From positions 320,001 through 384,000 of the forward strand of contig NZ_JAQNDL010000002.1 in the NCBI RefSeq assembly GCF_028368995.1: a stretch of 64,000 nt of DNA. Reading direction: 5' to 3'. Each line of letters opens with the position of its first letter. Position 1 is the stretch's first letter. A program made the translations under genes and the position numbers. The notes under the pieces were generated by a model, which saw only the letters and a list, made by a program, of their open reading frames with translations, made no database searches and was not told the DNA's origin. The stretch is from Nannocystis bainbridge (GTDB taxonomy: Bacteria > Myxococcota_A > Polyangia > Nannocystales > Nannocystaceae). Positions 57,627-64,000 of the stretch are shown here, in pieces.

Positions 57627-60443
57627 TCAGGGCTCGCGGACCAGCAGCGAGACGGGCAGGTCGGCGAACACCTCGGCCAGCGGCAGGGCCGCGCCGCGGT
57701 GCTCGGCGCCAGTCAGCAGGTCGCGCCAGGTCCCGGCCCGGCCGAGAGCCAGCGCCTGGTCGCCCCAGGCGGCGCCCAGCGGCCACGGGTGGCGACCACC
57801 GGTCATCGTGTAGGCGAGCCGGGGGACCACGCAGACGAGCTCCTGGTCGCCGTGGGCGCGGCGGAAGGCGACGACGTGCCTGCCGCCGGCGATCGGGGCG
57901 TAGCTGCCCTCGAGGTAGAGGGCGCGGTGCTGGCGGCGGTGGGTCAGGCCGAGGTGCAGGACCATGAGCTTGATCCGGCCGTCGAGGTAGCTGGCCAGCA
58001 GATCGCGGGCGCGGGCGGCGGGATCGGCGGCCTGGGCCCGGATGTCGGCGAGCGCCCCGCGGCGCCGCTCGTAGTCGACGGGCCGGCGGTTGTCGGGGTC
58101 GACCAGCGAGAAGTCCCACAGCTCGCCGCCCTGGTAGGTGTCGGGCACGCCGGGCGAGGCGAGCCGCAGGCACAGCTGGGCGAGGCTGTTGACGGCGCCG
58201 TGGGTCGAGAGCTTGCGCGCCAGCGCGGCGGCCGGGCCGACGAAGCCGGGGTGGGCCAGCATCTCGCGCACGAACCGCTGCAGCGCGGCCTCGTAGGCGG
58301 GGTTGCCGGCGATCCACGAGGTGTGCTCCTTGGCCTCGCGGGTGGCCTTTTCCATGTAGGCGCCGACGCGATCGACGAAGCCGGGCGGGACGCTGTCGCC
58401 GTCGCCGAGCTCGTCCAGCGGGAGGGCGCCGACGACGGTCTGATAGAACAGGTAGGCGTCGTTGCGGCTGGGCGCGAGCGCGTCGTCGACCTCGGTCTTG
58501 TGCGGCCGCGCCAGGCGACTCCAGGCCGAGACGGCGCGCCGCCACTCGTCGGGCAGCTCCGACAGCACGGCCAGCCGCGCGCGCACGTCCTCGCCGCGCT
58601 TGGTGTCGTGGGTGGCGGTGGTGGTCATGGTCCGCGGGAACCGCTGCCGCTGGCGCCGGTTGTGGGCGTGGAAGACGTCGGTGCCGGCGCCGAAGATCGC
58701 CGGGTCGCAGCCGACCTCGTTGAGGCAGACCAGGCGGTTGTAGCGGTAGAGCGCGGTGTCCTCGACGCCCTTGGCGATCACGGGGCCGGTGAGCTGGGCG
58801 AAGCGCATGGCGAAGCGCACCTGCTCGGCGCGTTCACCTGGCTCTTCGGGCAGGTGATGCAGCATCAGCAGGTCGCGCAAGAACTCGAACACGCTGGGGT
58901 CGACGTCGGGGCGGCGGCGCCGGGCCCGTCGCAGAGCGCGGTCGATGCAGGCGTCGTCGCTGGCGGTGCGGGTGCCGTCGGGCCGCACGTAGGTGCGGTA
59001 GACCGGGAAGGCGGCGATGGTCTCGACGATCGCGGTGGTGAGGCTGGCGCGGGTGAAGTCGCGGGAGCGCCGGCGGGTCTGGGCGATGCGCTCGAGCCGG
59101 TGGGCGAGCATGTGGATCTCGCTCGAGAGGCTGGCGCGCAGGATGGCGATCCGCGAGGCGTAGGCGACGGCGTCGTAGTCGCGCTCGGTGGCGATGAAGC
59201 GGTGATAGAAGTTGGTGAGCTTGGGCCCGGCGTCGGGGCGGATCCACAGGCCGTTGACGACGCCGAGGAAATCGTAGCCGGTGGTGCCGTCGACCTGCCA
59301 GTGCGACGGGAGCTGCTCGCCGGGCTCCAAGATCTTCTCGATCACGAGCCAGGGCGGGGCGCCGCCTTCGGGGGCGTGGGCGCGGGCCTCGGCCTGCAGG
59401 GCCTCGAAGTAGGCGGCGGGATCGTAGAGGCCGTCGGTGTGATCGAGGCGGAGGCCGGTGATCCGGCCCTCGGCGATCTTGCGCAGGACGAGCGCGTGCG
59501 CGGCGGCGAAGACGGCGGGGTCCTCCATCTTGACGGCGGCGAGCTCGTTCACGTCGAAGAAGCGGCGGTAGTTGATCTCCTCGGTGGCGACGCGCCAGAA
59601 GCTGAGGCGGTAGACCTGCTCGCCGAGGAACGCCTCGAGGGCGTCGAAGCTGCGCGGGTCGCCGGGTGCGCCGGCGAGCTCGGCGAGGGTGGCGTCGACG
59701 GCGGCGGCGATGACCTCGGAGTCGGCGAGCAGGGCGCCGAGGCGGCGCTTGATGACCTCTTTTTCGCGGGCCCGATCTTCGCGCGCGGCGGGCGGAGTGC
59801 TGGCCTCGCCGGGCAGGTGCTCGATGGCGGTGGAGATGCTGTGGAGCTCGGCCAGCGAGGGGTCGTCGGCCGGCAGCTCGAGGCGAGCGAGCGCGGGGCG
59901 GAGGACGAGGGCGAGCGACTTGACGGCGACCGGGAGGCGGCGCTCGTAGTAGGCGACGAAGAAGCTGCCGCCGTCGCGCACGACCGCGAGCTCGCCGGCC
60001 TCGAGCGCCTCGCCGAACTGACGCCCGAGGATCGGCAGGAGCAGCTTGCCGGCCATGCCGATCTTCGGCGGCGCCCACTCGATGTCGAACCAGCCCTCGC
60101 ACAGCGAGGCCTCGCCGCTCTCGAGCACGTCGTTCCACAGGCGGTTCTCGCCGCTGCCGATGCCCATGTGGTTGGGCACGAAGTCGAGCACGTGGCCGAG
60201 GCCGCGGGCCTTGAGGTCGTCGGTCCAGGCGTCGTAGGCGGCCTCGTCACCGAGCTCGGGGCCGAGGCGGGTGTGGTCGACGATGTTGTAGCCGTGGGTG
60301 CTGCCGCGCTCGGCGTGCAGGTACGGCGAGGTGTAGACGGCGTCGACGCCGAGGGCGTCGAGGTAGTCGGTGATCGCCGCGGCGGCGCCGAAGCCGAACT
60401 CGCCGTGCAGCTGCAGGCGATAGGTCGAGGCGGGGACCGTCAC
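57627..60443 (-). CDS. treY: Malto-oligosyltrehalose synthase
   Basis: STYRLQ, GSTHGYN, DFVPNHMG, INYRRFFDV, LRLDHTDGL, THDTKRGED and SLVDPDNRRPVD. GTG start overlaps the treZ stop. Confidence 0.95.
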   Translation of the reverse strand: MTVPASTYRLQLHGEFGFGAAAAITDYLDALGVDAVYTSPYLHAERGSTHGYNIVDHTRLGPELGDEAAYDAWTDDLKARGLGHVLDFVPNHMGIGSGENRLWNDVLESGEASLCEGWFDIEWAPPKIGMAGKLLLPILGRQFGEALEAGELAVVRDGGSFFVAYYERRLPVAVKSLALVLRPALARLELPADDPSLAELHSISTAIEHLPGEASTPPAAREDRAREKEVIKRRLGALLADSEVIAAAVDATLAELAGAPGDPRSFDALEAFLGEQVYRLSFWRVATEEINYRRFFDVNELAAVKMEDPAVFAAAHALVLRKIAEGRITGLRLDHTDGLYDPAAYFEALQAEARAHAPEGGAPPWLVIEKILEPGEQLPSHWQVDGTTGYDFLGVVNGLWIRPDAGPKLTNFYHRFIATERDYDAVAYASRIAILRASLSSEIHMLAHRLERIAQTRRRSRDFTRASLTTAIVETIAAFPVYRTYVRPDGTRTASDDACIDRALRRARRRRPDVDPSVFEFLRDLLMLHHLPEEPGERAEQVRFAMRFAQLTGPVIAKGVEDTALYRYNRLVCLNEVGCDPAIFGAGTDVFHAHNRRQRQRFPRTMTTTATHDTKRGEDVRARLAVLSELPDEWRRAVSAWSRLARPHKTEVDDALAPSRNDAYLFYQTVVGALPLDELGDGDSVPPGFVDRVGAYMEKATREAKEHTSWIAGNPAYEAALQRFVREMLAHPGFVGPAAALARKLSTHGAVNSLAQLCLRLASPGVPDTYQGGELWDFSLVDPDNRRPVDYERRRGALADIRAQAADPAARARDLLASYLDGRIKLMVLHLGLTHRRQHRALYLEGSYAPIAGGRHVVAFRRAHGDQELVCVVPRLAYTMTGGRHPWPLGAAWGDQALALGRAGTWRDLLTGAEHRGAALPLAEVFADLPVSLLVREP

Positions 60444-62245
60444 GTCGCGTCTCCGCTGGCGCCGTAGATGGCCGCGCGCGCAGGCGGCAGGTCGGGGTGG
60501 ACCTCGCCGCCGCTGGTGAGCAAGAGCTGCCACTCGCGGCCGGGCGGCGGGCCCGGCGGGTGGGCCTGCGGTTCGGGGCCGAAGTCGATGACGAGCACGC
60601 GGTCGCCAGCGGGGCCGCGTCGCAAGACCCACAGGACGTGGTCTCCGACTGTCCCGACGGACATGTTCGATCGGTCCTGTTGGCGGAGGGTCGGATCGTC
60701 GCGGCGCAGGTGCAGCAGGGCGCGGTAGAGGGCGAGCACGCCGGCGTGCTCGCCGGCGTCGCGCTCGGACCAGTCGAGGCGCGAGCGCTCGAAGGTGGCG
60801 GGGTCCTGCGGGTCGGGGATCTTGGCCTGCTGCTCGGGATCGTGGAAGGCGGCGAACAGCTGGAACTCGGCGCGGCGACCGGCGGTGACCTTCTCGCCGA
60901 GCTCCTGCGGGTGATCGGTGAAGAACAGCCAGGGGGCGCTGGCGGCCCACTCCTGGCCCATCCACAGCAAGGGGGTCATCGGCAAGAACAGCAGCAGGGC
61001 CGAGGCGGCGCAGTACTTGTCGAGGCTCGTGAGGTGGTGAAGGCGCTCGCCGAGGGCCCGGTTGCCGACCTGGTCATGGTTCTGCAGGCAGTAGACGAAG
61101 GCGGGCGCGGGCAGGCCGCTGGCGTCGGCGCCGCGCGGCTTGCCGGACGGCGGCCAGGCCTGACCCTCGTAGAGGAAGCCGCGCTCGATGCAGCGGGCGA
61201 GGTCCTGGACGCTGGGCTCGAAGGCGCCGTAGTAGCCGTCGCGCTCGCCGGTGAGGACGACGTGGAGGCTGTGGTGGAAATCATCGGCCCAGATGGCGTC
61301 GAGGCCGACGCCGAGGACGATGGCGGGATCGTTGGTCTCGTCCTCGGCGATGAGGATCCGGTGGTCGGGGGCGCCGCGGACGTCGGCGGTGAGCTCGGCG
61401 AGGATCGGGCGCTCGGTCGGATCGACCATGGCGTGGGTGGCGTCGAGGCGCAGGCCGTCGAAGCCGAACTCGGTGAGCCAGTAGCGGACGTTGTCGAGGA
61501 CGAGCCGCCGCATCGCCGGGGTGGCGAAGTTGAGGGCGTCGCCCCAGGGGGTCTGGACGTCGTGGGCGAAGTACTCGGGGGCGTAGCTCGAGAGGTAGTT
61601 ACCCTCGGGGCCGAAGTGGTTGTAGACGACGTCGAGGAGGACGTTCATGCCGAGGCCGTGGGCGACTTCGACGAGGGCGCGCAGGTCGTCGGCCGGGCCG
61701 TAGCCGGCGTACGGCGCGAAGTGGGCGACGCCGTCGTAGCCCCAGCCGCGCGCGCCGGGGAAGCTCGACAGCGGCATCAGCTCGATCGCGGTGATGCCGA
61801 GCTCGGCGAGCAGCGGCAGCCTGGCAGCAGCGGCGGCGAAGGTGCCCTCGGGGGTGAAGGTGCCGATGTGGAGCTCGTAGAGGACGCAGTCGGCCAGCGG
61901 CCGCGGGCGCCAGTCGGTGGCGCGCGGCTGGTAATGACCGCGCACGACCTCGGCGGGGCCGTGGAGGCCGAACGGGAGGGCGCGCGCGTAGGGGTCGGGG
62001 ACCTCGGCGTCGCCCAGCTTGAAGCGGTAGAGGGTGCCCTCGGGGAGGTCGTAGAAGGCCTCGAACAGGCCGTCGCCGCGCGGCTCGAGCGGGCGGGCCT
62101 CGCGGGCGACGGGCGAGCCGTCGTCGGCCCGGTCGTAGAGGACGACGGCGACTTCGGTCGCGCGGGTGGTCCACACGCGGAAGCGGACGCCGCCGTCGAC
62201 GAGCGCGGCGCCGAGGTCGGACAGGGCGGAAGGATCATGGGTCAT
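60440..62245 (-). CDS. treZ: Malto-oligosyltrehalose trehalohydrolase
   Basis: [45 protein letters not shown]. Confidence 0.95.
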   Translation of the reverse strand: MTHDPSALSDLGAALVDGGVRFRVWTTRATEVAVVLYDRADDGSPVAREARPLEPRGDGLFEAFYDLPEGTLYRFKLGDAEVPDPYARALPFGLHGPAEVVRGHYQPRATDWRPRPLADCVLYELHIGTFTPEGTFAAAAARLPLLAELGITAIELMPLSSFPGARGWGYDGVAHFAPYAGYGPADDLRALVEVAHGLGMNVLLDVVYNHFGPEGNYLSSYAPEYFAHDVQTPWGDALNFATPAMRRLVLDNVRYWLTEFGFDGLRLDATHAMVDPTERPILAELTADVRGAPDHRILIAEDETNDPAIVLGVGLDAIWADDFHHSLHVVLTGERDGYYGAFEPSVQDLARCIERGFLYEGQAWPPSGKPRGADASGLPAPAFVYCLQNHDQVGNRALGERLHHLTSLDKYCAASALLLFLPMTPLLWMGQEWAASAPWLFFTDHPQELGEKVTAGRRAEFQLFAAFHDPEQQAKIPDPQDPATFERSRLDWSERDAGEHAGVLALYRALLHLRRDDPTLRQQDRSNMSVGTVGDHVLWVLRRGPAGDRVLVIDFGPEPQAHPPGPPPGREWQLLLTSGGEVHPDLPPARAAIYGASGDAT

Positions 62246-62268
62246 GGGGCAGCTCGGGGTCCGCGATC

Positions 62269-62320
62269 GGACATGGCGAAAGGGTCATGTGCCGTGGGAC
62301 ATGGCGAAAGGGTCATGTGT
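62269..62320. repeat. Phased element array (28-bp duplication) between glgX and treZ
   Basis: CATG at 62272, 62286, 62300 and 62314. Confidence 0.85.
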
Positions 62321-64000
62321 CGCGCGGCGGCTCCGGGTCGACGCCGCGCAGCAGGAGCAGGGTCCTGGGCGGGAGCCGGGCCAGGTCGCCGCCGGCGATC
62401 ACGCCGCGAGCGTCGTCGTCGGCGGTGTCGAGGAGGCGCTCCCAGGTGGCGTGCAGCGACGGCAGCACGAACTCGACGGGATCCTGGCCGCCGTTGAGGA
62501 CCAGCAGGAGGTCATCGTCGCGGATCGGCTCGCCGTCGTCGTCGACGTCGTCGACGCCGCGGCCGGCGAGGAACATGCCGAGGCTCTGGGTGGTCGGGCT
62601 CTGCCAGTCGTCGTCGGACAGGCCCTCGCCGTCCGGCCGGAGCCACAGGATGTCATGGACGTCGCTGCCGCGGATCTTGCGGCCCTTGAAGAACTTGGAC
62701 CGCTGGAGGGCGGGGTGCTCGTGGTAGATCCGGATGGTCCGCTGGACGAATCGCAGCAGGGCCCGCCGGTCGTCGTCGAGGTCCCAGTCGTACCAGCTGA
62801 TCTCGTTGTCCTGGCAATAGGCGTTGTTGTTGCCGCCCTGGGTGCGGCCGATCTCGTCGCCGCCGGCGATCATCGGCGTGCCCTGCGACAGCAGCAAGGT
62901 GGCCAGGAAGTTCCGCTGCTGCCGGCGCCGCAGCGCGAGCACCCGCGGGTCGTCGGTCGGGCCCTCGGCGCCGCAATTCCACGACAGGTCGTGATCGCTG
63001 CCGTCGCGGTTGTCCTCGCGGTTGGCCTCGTTGTGCTTGTGATCGTAGGCGACGAGGTCGGCGAGGGTGAAGCCGTCGTGGGCGGTGACGAAGTTGACGC
63101 TCGAGTAGGGGCGGCGGCCGTCGTTTTGGTAGAGGTCGCTGCTGCCCGAGAGGCGATAGCCGAGGTCGCCGGCGACGCCGCCGTCGCCGCGCCAGAAGGC
63201 GCGCATGGTGTCGCGGTACTTGCCGTTCCACTCGGCCCAGCGGACCGGGAAGTTGCCGACGTGATAGCCGCCCTCGCCGAGGTCCCACGGCTCGGCGATC
63301 AGCTTGACCTGGCTGATGACCGGGTCCTGGTGGATGATGGTGAAGAAGGACGACAGCTGGTCGACCTCGTAGAGGCCGCGCGCGAGGGTGGCGGCGAGGT
63401 CGAAGCGGAACCCGTCGACGTGCATCTCGAGCACCCAGTAGCGCAGCGAGTCCATGATGAGCTGCAAGGTCTGCGGGTGGCGGACGTTGAGGCTGTTGCC
63501 GGTGCCGGTGTAATCGTAGTAGTAGCGCGGGTCGCCGGGCACGAGCCGGTAATAGGTGGGGTTGTCGATGCCGCGGAAGCTGAAGGTCGGGCCGAGGTGG
63601 TTGCCCTCGGCGGTATGGTTGTAGACGACGTCGAGGATGACCTCGATGCCGGCCCGGTGCAATGCGCGCACCATCTCCTTGAATTGCTGGACCTCGGCGG
63701 CGACCTGCGCGCCGCTGCGGTAGCGCACGTCGGGGGCGAAGAAGCCGATGGTGTTGTAGCCCCAGTAATTGCGCAGGCCGCGGTCGAGCAAGAACTTGTC
63801 GTCGACGAATTGATGGACCGGCAGCAGCTCGACGGCGGTGACGCCGAGCTGGGTCAGATGCCGCACGATCGGCGGGCTGGCGACGCCGAGGTAGGTGCCG
63901 CGCAGCTCGGGCGGGACCTCGGGGTGGCGCATGGTGAGCCCCTTGACGTGGGTCTCGTAGATGATGGTCTTGTGCAGCGGGACGTGCGGGCGCGCGTCGT
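62313..64000 (-). CDS. glgX: Glycogen debranching enzyme (5' end lies outside the window)
   Basis: [50 protein letters not shown]. Confidence 0.95.
   Translation of the reverse strand, partial: DARPHVPLHKTIIYETHVKGLTMRHPEVPPELRGTYLGVASPPIVRHLTQLGVTAVELLPVHQFVDDKFLLDRGLRNYWGYNTIGFFAPDVRYRSGAQVAAEVQQFKEMVRALHRAGIEVILDVVYNHTAEGNHLGPTFSFRGIDNPTYYRLVPGDPRYYYDYTGTGNSLNVRHPQTLQLIMDSLRYWVLEMHVDGFRFDLAATLARGLYEVDQLSSFFTIIHQDPVISQVKLIAEPWDLGEGGYHVGNFPVRWAEWNGKYRDTMRAFWRGDGGVAGDLGYRLSGSSDLYQNDGRRPYSSVNFVTAHDGFTLADLVAYDHKHNEANREDNRDGSDHDLSWNCGAEGPTDDPRVLALRRRQQRNFLATLLLSQGTPMIAGGDEIGRTQGGNNNAYCQDNEISWYDWDLDDDRRALLRFVQRTIRIYHEHPALQRSKFFKGRKIRGSDVHDILWLRPDGEGLSDDDWQSPTTQSLGMFLAGRGVDDVDDDGEPIRDDDLLLVLNGGQDPVEFVLPSLHATWERLLDTADDDARGVIAGGDLARLPPRTLLLLRGVDPEPPRDT

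Noticed and set aside
57192-62497. Long plus-strand ORFs opposite treY/treZ, and similar antisense ORFs across the window
   Set aside because: They are typical stop-poor shadow frames in high-GC DNA with no recognisable motifs.

Overview
This is a very GC-rich window from a myxobacterial chromosome. The many lipoproteins with Thr-rich linkers and Cys-rich domains suggest Nannocystis or a relative (inference). It holds about 50 CDS, including a RavA/MoxR-VWA-HEAT operon, folB, a divergent radical SAM pair with a TPR gene, a transglutaminase-elicitor gene, a RING-TerD gene, an ECF sigma factor and treY-treZ-glgX. I saw no rRNA, tRNA, CRISPR array or transposase. The strongest unexplained signal is a 14-bp inverted repeat, TGTCY-N4-RGACA. 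I counted 35 perfect copies by eye plus many variants, as singles inside genes and as phased 14-bp arrays between genes. Other leads are a secreted Gln/Lys-repeat protein upstream of the transglutaminase, a structured RNA at the predicted +1 of the RING-TerD gene, a DarT-like gene lacking an adjacent DarG, and a minimal PolA-palm-like protein.
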